Positions 18,369 through 27,919 of a DNA stretch of 64,000 bases are shown here, piece after piece. This stretch comes from Clostridia bacterium (GTDB lineage Bacteria; Bacillota; Clostridia; Oscillospirales; CAG-272), in assembly GCA_017504205.1 (NCBI GenBank), contig JAFVRO010000014.1, forward strand, positions 29,133 through 93,132. The letters are read 5' to 3'. The notes under the pieces are model-generated. The model ran no database searches. It saw only the letters and a program-made list of their open reading frames with translations, and had not been told where the DNA came from. The translations under genes were made by a program, and so were the position numbers. Position 1 is the stretch's first letter, and each line of letters begins with the position of its first letter.

Positions 18369-20909
18369 TTATCTGATCTTCACCACTTTATATCCTGCTT
18401 TTTCTACGGTTTCGGTAAGTGTTTGGTCACTTACGTCTACGGTAAGCGTTACAACGGCGCATTTTTTCTTAAGGTTTACCTTGGCACTTACTCCGTCAAG
18501 CGCGTTAAGTGCCTCCTCTACTCTTGCGGAGCAATGTCCGCACATCATTCCGTTAATGTATACGGTTTTTTGTGTCATTTCTGAAGTCTCCTTTTTTGTG
18601 TTTAAATCGTTATTTAATGAGGGGCATACTGACGAGCAGTCTGTCTCTGTGCTTCGTTTATATTTGAAAAATCTAAGTCTTAATGCATTTGTTACTACGC
18701 ACACGGAGCTGAAACTCATGCATGCGGCTCCGATCATGGGGCTTAATTTGAGTCCAAGCGGAACATATAACGCTCCTGCCGCCAAAGGAATACCAAGTGT
18801 GTTATAGAAGAATGCCCAGAATAGATTTTGTTTTATGTTCTTTATGACCGCGCGGCTGAGCTTAATTGCGCCCGCCACGTCATCGAGGTCACTTTTCATA
18901 AGAACTATATCTGCGCTTTCTATGGCGATATCGGTTCCTGCGCCTATTGCAATTCCTACGTCCGCGCTTGCAAGTGCGGGGGCATCGTTAATACCGTCGC
19001 CTACCATAGCAACGATTTTACCTTGCTTTTTCAGGTCAGAGATCACTGCTTCCTTACCATCGGGGAGAACTCCTGCTATCACTCGGTCTATTCCAACCTC
19101 GTCGGCAATATACCTCCCCGTTTTTTCGTTATCACCCGTGAGCATTATGACCTCGATTCCCATTTGCTTCAAGGTTTCGACGGCTCCGCGGCTTGTTTTT
19201 TTGACAGTATCTGCCACGGCTATAATGCCTTGAACGGTTTTGTCAACGGTAAAGTACAGTGGTGTCTTACCGCTTTCGGCAAGTGATGTAGCTTTATCAG
19301 CAAGGTTGGAAACGTCTATGCCATTTTCATACATTAGTCTTGCGTTTCCCGCAAGCATTGTTCTGCCGTTAAATCCGGCTACAATACCGCCACCTGCAAC
19401 TGATTCTATATTATCGACGGGAATATAGGAAATTCCCTTTTTAGTGGCGTATTCAACAATCGCTTTTGAGAGAGGATGTTCTGACAGGTATTCTAAGCTT
19501 GCGGCAAGCGCTATAAGAGAGTCCTCGCTTACACCGTCTACGGGCAAAACATCAGTAACCTTTGGGCGTCCTTCGGTAACTGTACCTGTTTTATCAAGTA
19601 CTACTGTAGTTATCTTATGAGCGGTTTCAAGGCTTTCAGCGTTACGGATCAGTATTCCGTTTGCTGCGCCGCGTCCCGTACCGACCATTATTGCCGTAGG
19701 GGTTGCAAGTCCGAGCGCACACGGACATGATATTACGAGGACGGAGATAGCCATAGAAAGAGCAAGCTCGAAGTCCTTTGAAAATACCGCCCATACAATA
19801 AAGGTTATTACTGAAATTATCATAACGGCAGGAACGAAAACGCCGCTGACCTTATCAGCAAGCTTTGCAATCGGGGCCTTAGACGAAGCGGCTTCCTCAA
19901 CGAGCTTCAGAATTTTTGAGACGGCGGTATCCTCGCCGAGCTTTTCGACTCTGAATCTGAAGTATCCGCTTCCACTGACAGTTCCGGCGTTGACCTTATC
20001 CCCCATTTCCTTTTCTACCGGTAGACTCTCACCCGTCAGCGCGGATTCATCTATTGATGCATGTCCGTGAATTATCTCACCGTCTGCGGCGATGCTCTCT
20101 CCCATACGGACAGCAACTATATCGCCAATACGAAGATCTGTCAACGGAATCTCAACCTCTGTTCCATCTCTCACTACGGTTGCCTTATCCGGAGTAAGTG
20201 CCATCAGCTTTGCGATAGCGTCCGAGGTTTTACGTTTTGATCCGGCTTCAAAATATTTTCCAAGCGTAATAAGCGTCAATATCATCGCGCCCGACTCAAA
20301 ATACAGGTTATGAAGAAGCTCGTGAAGTATCTTCGAATCGTTATTTGCAACGGCGTAGGATATAGCATATATCGAGTAGATACCGTAAAGGATCGCGGCA
20401 AGTGAGCCCGTGGCGACCAAGGTGTCCATATTTGGAGATCCTTTAAAGAGCGACTTAAAGCCGACGATATAATACTTTCTGTTCAGGTACATTATCGGCA
20501 ACGTTAGCAAAAGCTGAGTTAGCGCAAACGCTACGCCGTTACGTTCACCCGAGAGGAACGGTGGAATAGGAAGTGAGAGCATGTGTCCCATTGCGACGTA
20601 CATAAGCGGAATGAGGAAAGCAAATGAGGCAATAAGTCGCGCTCTCGTGCTTTTAAGTTCCATATCCCCATCAGCGGTTGTTTTTTTCTGTTTTGCTTCA
20701 TTTGTCGTGGATGCAGCGTATCCTGCGTTTTTTACCGCTGCAACGATATCATCAGGAGTGACGTCTGCCGGGGTATATTCTACTGTCATTGAGTTCGTCA
20801 GCAAACTTACTTCGACGCGAGTTATTCCCTTCAGCTTTTTTACACTTCGTTCAACAGCGGAGCTGCACGCGCTGCACGACATTCCGCTTACGTTAAATTT
20901 TTGCTTCAT
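18369..20909 (-). CDS. copA: Cu(I)-translocating P1B-type ATPase with N- and C-terminal HMA domains
   Basis: GMSCSAC, TGES, CPC, DKTGT, SEHPL, GDGINDAP, YN, C-terminal GMMCGHC. Confidence 0.95.
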   Translation of the reverse strand: MKQKFNVSGMSCSACSSAVERSVKKLKGITRVEVSLLTNSMTVEYTPADVTPDDIVAAVKNAGYAASTTNEAKQKKTTADGDMELKSTRARLIASFAFLIPLMYVAMGHMLSLPIPPFLSGERNGVAFALTQLLLTLPIMYLNRKYYIVGFKSLFKGSPNMDTLVATGSLAAILYGIYSIYAISYAVANNDSKILHELLHNLYFESGAMILTLITLGKYFEAGSKRKTSDAIAKLMALTPDKATVVRDGTEVEIPLTDLRIGDIVAVRMGESIAADGEIIHGHASIDESALTGESLPVEKEMGDKVNAGTVSGSGYFRFRVEKLGEDTAVSKILKLVEEAASSKAPIAKLADKVSGVFVPAVMIISVITFIVWAVFSKDFELALSMAISVLVISCPCALGLATPTAIMVGTGRGAANGILIRNAESLETAHKITTVVLDKTGTVTEGRPKVTDVLPVDGVSEDSLIALAASLEYLSEHPLSKAIVEYATKKGISYIPVDNIESVAGGGIVAGFNGRTMLAGNARLMYENGIDVSNLADKATSLAESGKTPLYFTVDKTVQGIIAVADTVKKTSRGAVETLKQMGIEVIMLTGDNEKTGRYIADEVGIDRVIAGVLPDGKEAVISDLKKQGKIVAMVGDGINDAPALASADVGIAIGAGTDIAIESADIVLMKSDLDDVAGAIKLSRAVIKNIKQNLFWAFFYNTLGIPLAAGALYVPLGLKLSPMIGAACMSFSSVCVVTNALRLRFFKYKRSTETDCSSVCPSLNNDLNTKKETSEMTQKTVYINGMMCGHCSARVEEALNALDGVSAKVNLKKKCAVVTLTVDVSDQTLTETVEKAGYKVVKIR

Positions 20910-20917
20910 TTTACCTC

Positions 20918-21241
20918 CTAACCGTTGAGCTTTTTGATGAGCTCAAGTGTTTCATTCATTATTGCTTCATCGCCGTCGAGAATTTTTTCGGTGACGCAGG
21001 TCTTGAGATGCTCGTCAAGTATTAGGTATCCTAGATTTTTTAACGCGCTTTCAACTGCGGAAATTTGTATAAGGATATCCCCGCAATATCGGTTTTCATC
21101 AAGCATCCTTTTGATTCCCGTAAGCTGACCTATTATACGGTTTATCCGATTTTCAAGCTTTTTGGCGGATTCGTAAGATCGCGGGGTCTTTTTGTGGCAA
21201 CAGTTACATTCCGTTACGCATTTTTCATCAATAATACTCAT
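20918..21241 (-). CDS. csoR: CsoR-family copper-sensing repressor
   Basis: RINRIIGQ, YCGDILIQISAV, HLKTC; directly upstream of copA. Confidence 0.92.
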   Translation of the reverse strand: MSIIDEKCVTECNCCHKKTPRSYESAKKLENRINRIIGQLTGIKRMLDENRYCGDILIQISAVESALKNLGYLILDEHLKTCVTEKILDGDEAIMNETLELIKKLNG

Positions 21242-21271
21242 TCTTCTGTATCCTTTACGTTATTCCCTTAT

Positions 21272-21300
21272 ATTATATACCCCCGTGGGGTATTTGTCAA
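21272..21300 (-). promoter_or_regulatory. sigmaA promoter with CsoR operator in the spacer
   Basis: TTGACA (21300-21295), 17 bp, TATAAT (21277-21272). Palindrome ATACCCC-CGT-GGGGTAT (21277-21293) has the C-tract/G-tract form of CsoR operators. Confidence 0.88.
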
Positions 21301-21411
21301 CAGTGTTTGCATAAATCTATGAAAAAAATTGAATATGCGATATTATTTGCCAGAGTTGAACATGCACATTGAAAACATACTAAAAGTAGTGAGTCATGAA
21401 GGAGACGTGAT

Positions 21412-23958
21412 TTGAAAATGAAGAAATCCCGTACACGGAAAAGGTTTTGGAAGATTTTTACTGCATTCTTCCTTATTGGATCGTTTGCTTGCAGTGTTGC
21501 GGTTATTGGAGGTGCGCTTTGGGTGGACAGAAGCTTTGATAAGGTACCTGACATATCAAAATTCAGCTCTGATGCGTTGAAGCGCAACACTACGTTATAC
21601 TATTATGAATTTAATGACAGAGTAGCGCGCAAGGGGGAAGCGCGTGTTTTTGAAGAAAAGGTATACGGTGGGCAAAACAGTATTCCCGTTGAATATTCTG
21701 AGATGCCTACTAATTTGATAAACGCGTTTATTGCCATCGAGGACAAGAGGTTTTATGATCATCACGGTATCGACTTTTGGCGCACGCTTGGCGCAGGATT
21801 AAATTACGTTCTTAATTCGGGATCAAGCTACGGCGGATCGACAATAACGCAACAGGTAGTGAAAAATATTACAGGCTACAGTGAATACAGTGTAAGGCGA
21901 AAAATTCAGGAGATGATATTTGCGTCAGCTCTTGAAGAGAGGCTTTCCAAGCAACAGATACTTGAGCTTTATCTCAACATAATCAATCTGGCGCACGGGA
22001 ACTACGGTGTTGGGGGAGCGGCGAAATACTATTTTTCAAAAACTGTTGGGGAGCTTACGCTGACGGAGTGTGCCGCGCTTGCGGCTATAACGAGCAGTCC
22101 GTCAAGATTTGAGCCAATAAGGCATCCCGATGCCAACCGCACACGGCGTAACATGATCCTTGGTCTTATGCTCGAGCAGGAGTATATCACTGAGGAGCAG
22201 TATAATACGAGTGTGGCAGAGGAGCTTGAATTGAAGGTTGATGACGTTGAGAAGACAGACGGAATAAATTCATGGTACGTTGATATGGCAATTGAGGATG
22301 TCATAGACGACCTTTGCAGTAAGTGTGGGTACACGCAGGAGTCGGCATCCGAGCTTGTTCTGCGCGGCGGTCTGAGTATCTATCTTGCGATAGATCCGGA
22401 AATACAAAGTTCTATGGAAAGATATTATCTTGACGATACGAATTTTTCTGAAAAGTCGGGGGGCGAAAATGCCGAGTCTGCGGCTATTATTATTGACAGT
22501 CGCACGGGTGATATACTTGGTGTGGTCGGAGCACGTGGGCAAAAAAGCGGAAACCGCATTCTGAATCACGCGACGCAGGCACTCCACGCAACGGGATCTG
22601 TAATCAAGCCACTTTCTGTTTATACGCCCGCGCTCGAAAAGGACATTATCAATTATGCGAGTGTTTATGACGATACACCGTTCAGCTTTGAGCGATCGGA
22701 TAAATCCGTGCGTGATACGGTAGGATGGCCAAAAAACGCTAATAATGCGTATCGCGGGCTGACAAACATCAACTATGCCGTGAGATATTCAACCAACACG
22801 GTAGCCGTAAAGGTCTTGTCCGATTTGGGCCTTGACGAATCCTTTGATTTCCTTTCAAACAGGCTCAGGATGAGCAGTCTTATTCCGAAAGCAACTCTTG
22901 CCGGCGGCACTGAAATAAGCGACAAAAGCTATGTTTCTTTGGCTTTGGGGCAGATGTGCTACGGTGTAACGCTCAAGGAGATTACGGCTGCTTATTCCGT
23001 TCTTGCATCTGGAGGATATTACAACAGGCCGCGCTCATATTTTGAAGTCAGGGATGCAGATGGAAAGGTTTTGCTATCAACTGTCGAAGAGCCCGAAAGA
23101 GTGATAGGTTCTGACACTGCGTGCATAATGACTAAGCTATTGCAGAACGTCGTGGATTCAGGAACTGCCAAAAGCATTACACTTGATGCATTCGTGGATT
23201 GTGCGGCAAAAACGGGAACGACTCAGGGAGATCGGGACAAGTGGACTATCGGATACACTCCGTATTATATTTGTGGCGTATGGTACGGTTTTGAGAGGAC
23301 GGATGAAATTCCCGAATTAAAAAAGAATCCTGCGGTAAAAATTTGGGACTCTCTCATGACGGAAGCTCATAGGAAATATATAAGCGGTGGCGAAACTCCT
23401 GAGAGGTTCGTGCTTGACGAAGGTGTGACAGGGGCAATATATTGTGTTGATTCGGGAAAGCTTATGACGGACGTATGCGGATGTGATCCGCGGGGAGACA
23501 GATCACAATACGGATATTTCAAAAAAGGTACTCAGCCGTCTTCACGGTGCGACGTACACGTTCCTGTAAGATATGATTCGGTTTGCGGAGGCGTTGCCGG
23601 GGATAAATGCCCCCTTGAAAACTGCGATTATGTTGGACTTTTAAGGATTGAGCGGTCATTTCCAAAGGATATCCGCATAGCAGACGGTCAATACACATAC
23701 AGAAACGTATTGACTGAAGCTCACACTCACATTCCGACTCTTCCCTTTTACTCATCACTATACAAAGAGGGAGAGTATTCGGGAACGAGTACCGCAGAAA
23801 AGCAGTTCAATATGGGGTGTCCCTGCGAGCATTCTGATAACGGAGAGTCCTTTAAGGACGAGGCGGAGTTGGAAGAGGTAGAGGATATCACTGAGGATGG
23901 CGGAGCAACATTACCGTATACCGGAACAGATGCACCGCGACCGTTCGATCCGGAATGA
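21412..23958 (+). CDS. Class A penicillin-binding protein (PBP1A family)
   Basis: Transglycosylase EDKRFYDHHG, GGSTITQQ, RKIQE; transpeptidase SVIK, STN, KTGT; Cys-rich C-terminal region. Confidence 0.93.
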   Translation: MKMKKSRTRKRFWKIFTAFFLIGSFACSVAVIGGALWVDRSFDKVPDISKFSSDALKRNTTLYYYEFNDRVARKGEARVFEEKVYGGQNSIPVEYSEMPTNLINAFIAIEDKRFYDHHGIDFWRTLGAGLNYVLNSGSSYGGSTITQQVVKNITGYSEYSVRRKIQEMIFASALEERLSKQQILELYLNIINLAHGNYGVGGAAKYYFSKTVGELTLTECAALAAITSSPSRFEPIRHPDANRTRRNMILGLMLEQEYITEEQYNTSVAEELELKVDDVEKTDGINSWYVDMAIEDVIDDLCSKCGYTQESASELVLRGGLSIYLAIDPEIQSSMERYYLDDTNFSEKSGGENAESAAIIIDSRTGDILGVVGARGQKSGNRILNHATQALHATGSVIKPLSVYTPALEKDIINYASVYDDTPFSFERSDKSVRDTVGWPKNANNAYRGLTNINYAVRYSTNTVAVKVLSDLGLDESFDFLSNRLRMSSLIPKATLAGGTEISDKSYVSLALGQMCYGVTLKEITAAYSVLASGGYYNRPRSYFEVRDADGKVLLSTVEEPERVIGSDTACIMTKLLQNVVDSGTAKSITLDAFVDCAAKTGTTQGDRDKWTIGYTPYYICGVWYGFERTDEIPELKKNPAVKIWDSLMTEAHRKYISGGETPERFVLDEGVTGAIYCVDSGKLMTDVCGCDPRGDRSQYGYFKKGTQPSSRCDVHVPVRYDSVCGGVAGDKCPLENCDYVGLLRIERSFPKDIRIADGQYTYRNVLTEAHTHIPTLPFYSSLYKEGEYSGTSTAEKQFNMGCPCEHSDNGESFKDEAELEEVEDITEDGGATLPYTGTDAPRPFDPE

Positions 23959-23987
23959 CCGTATCGCATAATACGACAAAAATCCCC

Positions 23988-24016
23988 TTGACAAAGAGCG
24001 CGGAATATTGTAAAAT
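23988..24016 (+). promoter_or_regulatory. sigmaA promoter
   Basis: TTGACA, 17 bp, TAAAAT. Confidence 0.7.
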
Positions 24017-24047
24017 ACTGTTGTAACTTTTATTGGAGGACCGCATT

Positions 24048-24407
24048 ATGACTAAAGGGCGCATAAAATCGATCAGAATAAAAACAGTATTATTTACCAC
24101 GGTAGCCTTGGCATTGGCGATTGCTGCGTTTTTGGGAGCATTTACCTCCTGCAAAAAAGAGGAACAAAGTGACAGAGCCTTGTGCATAAGTGCGACAAAG
24201 CGTGCGGTGCGTACTGAGCTCGGGGATGCAGATTTCAACTTTTGTCCTGACAGTGAGTTTTCAGTAAGGAAGCAGGATGACGGAAGTTATAAGGTCAGAG
24301 GTTCACTCATCGAGAAAAAATCAGATACCGGTAAAAAGGTAACTCATTATTTTACCGCGATAATCCGAGGGGAATCATTCGGGGACGTAACCCTGATATG
24401 GGGATAA
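24048..24407 (+). CDS. Small putative lipoprotein
   Basis: GGAGG RBS, basic N-terminus, hydrophobic stretch ending FTSC. Confidence 0.7.
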   Translation: MTKGRIKSIRIKTVLFTTVALALAIAAFLGAFTSCKKEEQSDRALCISATKRAVRTELGDADFNFCPDSEFSVRKQDDGSYKVRGSLIEKKSDTGKKVTHYFTAIIRGESFGDVTLIWG

Positions 24408-24419
24408 AGAGATAATATA

Positions 24420-24452
24420 AAAACAAGGCTGATCGGGCAGCCTTGTTTTTTT
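24420..24452. terminator. Bidirectional terminator
   Basis: AAAACAAGGCTG-6nt-CAGCCTTGTTTT. Confidence 0.8.
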
Positions 24453-24455
24453 ACT

Positions 24456-25178
24456 TTAGCCGTTATAAGCGTCCTCGTCGCAGATGAGGGTAACATTGGG
24501 ATGAAGCTTAAGTATCGTTGCAGGACATTTGGTTTCAATGGTTTCGCCAAGCATTTTTGCTATTGCGTCGTGCTTACTCTTGCCGCTTGCCATGATAATT
24601 ATTCTCTTCGCCTTGAAGATGGATGCAATACCCATAGTAAGAGCCTGCTTCGGCACGTCATCTATTGAGTCGAAGAATCTTGCGTTTGCCTTGATGGTGC
24701 TATCGGTAAGATCCGTGAGATGTGTATTGGGATAGAGAATGTCGCCCGGCTCGTTGAAGCCGATATGTCCGTTCTGACCGATACCAAGTATCTGGAGATC
24801 AACTCCGCCCAAGGAATCAATGAGCTTCTCGTAATCTGCGCAGAAGGCGTCGGGATCCTTTGCGGTTCCGTCGGGAACGTTGGTGTTTGCGAGGTTTATA
24901 TTGACCTTGCTGAAAAGGTGGTAATTCATAAAATATCTGTAACTTTGGTCATTATCCGGAGTGATGGGATAATACTCATCGAGATTTACGGTTGTGATTT
25001 TTGAAAAATCAAGTTTACCGTCCTGATAATCTTTAACGAGGCAGGCATACATACCCTCGGGGGTTGAACCGGTAGCGAGTCCGAGAACCGAATCAGGCTT
25101 CTCACAGATCTGCTTTGAAAGCTCGCCGGCAGCGGTGGCTGACATTTCGTCATAATTCTTGCATACAATAACCTTCAT
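24456..25178 (-). CDS. nagB: Glucosamine-6-phosphate deaminase
   Basis: LGLATGSTP, NLDEY, LGIGQNGHIGFNEPG, ALTMGI; start after GGAGG. Confidence 0.96.
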   Translation of the reverse strand: MKVIVCKNYDEMSATAAGELSKQICEKPDSVLGLATGSTPEGMYACLVKDYQDGKLDFSKITTVNLDEYYPITPDNDQSYRYFMNYHLFSKVNINLANTNVPDGTAKDPDAFCADYEKLIDSLGGVDLQILGIGQNGHIGFNEPGDILYPNTHLTDLTDSTIKANARFFDSIDDVPKQALTMGIASIFKAKRIIIMASGKSKHDAIAKMLGETIETKCPATILKLHPNVTLICDEDAYNG

Positions 25179-25212
25179 AATAATTGTTCCTCCAATATAT
25201 AAAAATATAAAA

Positions 25213-26313
25213 TTATCTTTCAATAAGCACTGCGCGGCAGGGAGAGCCTTCGCAGCCCTTTATTTTGAGCGGCAGGGCGCAAAGATCGTATACGCCTTCC
25301 TTAACAAGAGAGAGGTCGATTCCCTCCAACACCACTATTGCCTCGCTGAGAAGTTCTCGGTGAACCTCTACGGAGCATTCGGGTCTGCTTATGCTTTGGT
25401 TTTCGCAGCCTATAAGCACTATACCACGTTCCGCAAGTATTTTAGCAACACCCTTTGCAAAATGCACGTTTCCTTTGATCAGGAGTCGTGTGCAGTCCAC
25501 GGGAACATTTTCCTCAACGAATCTTGCGTCGACGTCGCTTTGACTCTCAAGAACGTATGCGCTTCCCATGCATTTATACAGTGAAATGGCATCTATAGCG
25601 GCGCCGTCTTTGACGAAATGCTTTGGGGCGTCAAGGTGCGTTGCGTTGTGCACGCACATATTCAGGTCAGTTACGTTGCATTCGTCCCCGTTTGACATAT
25701 CTTTGACTCTTTTTAGCGTGGGGCCGGTATCTCCGGGGTAAACGGTAGCAGAGGTAAGCTCACGGGTGATATCGTAGATATAATAATCCTTTTTCTCGGC
25801 GACTACGGCTTCGTAGGCAACTCTTTCCTGACCATCCATAAGATATATTATTCCGCAATACTCAAATCCGTTCTTCTCAAGCATCTTTCTCATGGGAATA
25901 TTTCCGGTATGGGTATCCACTCTGATGCTTCCGACATTGTTATCGCGGCACAGGGATTTGATATAATCAATTATATGCTTACCGAGACCTTTATAACGGT
26001 ATTTTTTGGATATTGCAATTCTGTGCAACGCGAAATATCTGCCCGACGTATTCCACTGTCCCTCGAATATCTGCTCATACGTTGGCTCCCCTGTACGAAG
26101 TGTGGTAAAAACGGCTATGATCTGCTCTTTGCCGTCTATATCATCACAAACAACGTATGACTGTCCTTTAACAATGTCTTCTTTGACAATATCTCTTGAC
26201 GGATAACCGTATTGCCACTGATCAATTCCAAGCTTTCCAAGGGATTGTCTTGCATCAGCGATTATTACCATTATGCTATCGATATCAGATTTTTTTGAAA
26301 TGCGGATCTTCAT
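25213..26313 (-). CDS. GNAT acetyltransferase fused to cyclase/kynurenine-formamidase (KynB-like) domain
   Basis: N-half: DQWQYGYP, LHRIAI, GLG, RVDTH.GN.PM..MLEKNGF. C-half: YPGD, HNATHLDAPKHF, VHRELL, LEG, LPLKI.G.EGSPCRA. Confidence 0.85.
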   Translation of the reverse strand: MKIRISKKSDIDSIMVIIADARQSLGKLGIDQWQYGYPSRDIVKEDIVKGQSYVVCDDIDGKEQIIAVFTTLRTGEPTYEQIFEGQWNTSGRYFALHRIAISKKYRYKGLGKHIIDYIKSLCRDNNVGSIRVDTHTGNIPMRKMLEKNGFEYCGIIYLMDGQERVAYEAVVAEKKDYYIYDITRELTSATVYPGDTGPTLKRVKDMSNGDECNVTDLNMCVHNATHLDAPKHFVKDGAAIDAISLYKCMGSAYVLESQSDVDARFVEENVPVDCTRLLIKGNVHFAKGVAKILAERGIVLIGCENQSISRPECSVEVHRELLSEAIVVLEGIDLSLVKEGVYDLCALPLKIKGCEGSPCRAVLIER

Positions 26314-26337
26314 TTAATATTCCTCCGAGCGGTTAAG

Positions 26338-26736
26338 TTATTTCAATTTATCAAGCTCTTCGCACTCATGACAGAGTTCCGTTCTTCCCTTTTCGAGTGC
26401 TTCGGCAAGGGTCGAGCTTTCTGCGTTATCTGCAGTTTTTACAAATATGCAATCTGCGTTTGTGTGATATATCGGAAGGTCTCCATACCAATAAACCGTA
26501 TGCTGACCGTCAAGGCCGTACGGATATTCGGTTTCGGTATCAGAGTCAGCTTGGTATTCGGAATCCTTCTTTTCCGAATCAATAAATTCTGCGTACATTG
26601 AGTCGATAGCATCGGGAGTTATTGAGCTACCGGTGCCGAGCGGATCGCGGGATATACGGTTTGAGCAGGACGGAAGGACTGCAACCAGCAGTATAGCCAA
26701 TACAATGGCAGGCAGACGTTTGTTCATTCCACGCAC
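26338..26736 (-). CDS. Lipoprotein with C-terminal His/Cys metal-binding module
   Basis: Lipobox LPSC; VYW...YH....C...TLAEALEKG...CHEC. Confidence 0.7.
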   Translation of the reverse strand: MRGMNKRLPAIVLAILLVAVLPSCSNRISRDPLGTGSSITPDAIDSMYAEFIDSEKKDSEYQADSDTETEYPYGLDGQHTVYWYGDLPIYHTNADCIFVKTADNAESSTLAEALEKGRTELCHECEELDKLK

Positions 26737-26739
26737 CTC

Positions 26740-27630
26740 TTAATATCCGTATCCGTCATCTGACAGCATTTTTTCGAGAACGGACATTTTGCTTGAGGCA
26801 TACTCATATGCGCTTTTATAGTCGGAAATTTCTCTGCAGCAAACCTCAAGATCGCACAGTATATCGTACAGTAAGGGAGTGATTATGACGTTTTCCGACC
26901 TAAGAACAGTCTGAAGTATTACGGTAGCTCCTTTGTAATCATTTGATAATATAAGTTTTTTTGCTTCAAGTACAGAACCCAGGTACGCATTTTCATCATC
27001 AAATTCATCGGTTGCGTCATCATTGCCGTTTTCAATTTTTTCACACGCGACAACAAAACGGCAGAACGGATCAGAGAATGACAATCCGTCAAAAGTCCTT
27101 GGGATACTTTCCTCAGAGTACACCGTATGGGATATTTTACTGTTCAAATAGCGAAAATATACTGATATCTCAGAGATTATGTTGTCAGTATAATATGCCG
27201 ATAAAGCGCAATATCTGACCGCCTCGTCAAAAAAGCCTGCCGCCGAGCGGATACGGCCCTCTGCAAACAAGGACTTGGCAATATTTACACTGCATCCTGC
27301 CAGGATCAGGGCGATCTCGTCATCATTTGTATCAAGTCCACCAAGGCAGAGGCTGCGGCACATTCTGTACTCACCGGACATATATGCGCGTTTGATGTTT
27401 TCCATATTATTGATCTTAAGGTAGATAGCCTCGGATCCTTCATCGGCAATAAGGTATCCCGCGGGGACTTTAAGGCGTTCAGCGAGATAAACAAGCGTTG
27501 GGAGTGACGGAAGTGCGGAGCCATTCTCTATCTGACTGAGCATATTTCGGGTTATGCTATCCCCCGCAAGCTCTGACTGCGTCATCATTTTTGCCGTTCT
27601 CAGGCTTTTTATCTTTTCGCCGATCCTCAT
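26740..27630 (-). CDS. XRE HTH regulator with helical/TPR-like C-terminus
   Basis: IGEKIKSLR..KMMTQSELAG..ITRNMLSQIENG..LPS. Confidence 0.85.
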   Translation of the reverse strand: MRIGEKIKSLRTAKMMTQSELAGDSITRNMLSQIENGSALPSLPTLVYLAERLKVPAGYLIADEGSEAIYLKINNMENIKRAYMSGEYRMCRSLCLGGLDTNDDEIALILAGCSVNIAKSLFAEGRIRSAAGFFDEAVRYCALSAYYTDNIISEISVYFRYLNSKISHTVYSEESIPRTFDGLSFSDPFCRFVVACEKIENGNDDATDEFDDENAYLGSVLEAKKLILSNDYKGATVILQTVLRSENVIITPLLYDILCDLEVCCREISDYKSAYEYASSKMSVLEKMLSDDGYGY

Positions 27631-27838
27631 ATTTTTCTCCCGTAATCATGGTGATGTAAGCATTATTTACCCTCAGTATTATATCACACCTCATGCACAA
27701 TTTCAAGTGCTCTGCGTGATTTTTTTATAAATTTACGAAATTACTGTTTTAATATAATTTAATGTCGAGCAAGCGTATTTCACGGCGAAAGGACGTCAAA
27801 AAAATTAGCATAATTTTATTTATTTCCCTTTATTTTTA

Positions 27839-27867
27839 TTGACAAAACTTTTGAACCGTGTTATAAT
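27839..27867 (+). promoter_or_regulatory. Strong sigmaA promoter
   Basis: TTGACA, 17 bp, TGnTATAAT, with an AT-rich upstream region. Confidence 0.85.
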
Positions 27868-27919
27868 ATCAACAGTGAATAGGTCAAGCGACCGAGTCTA
27901 AAACAAAGGAGAAAGAAAA

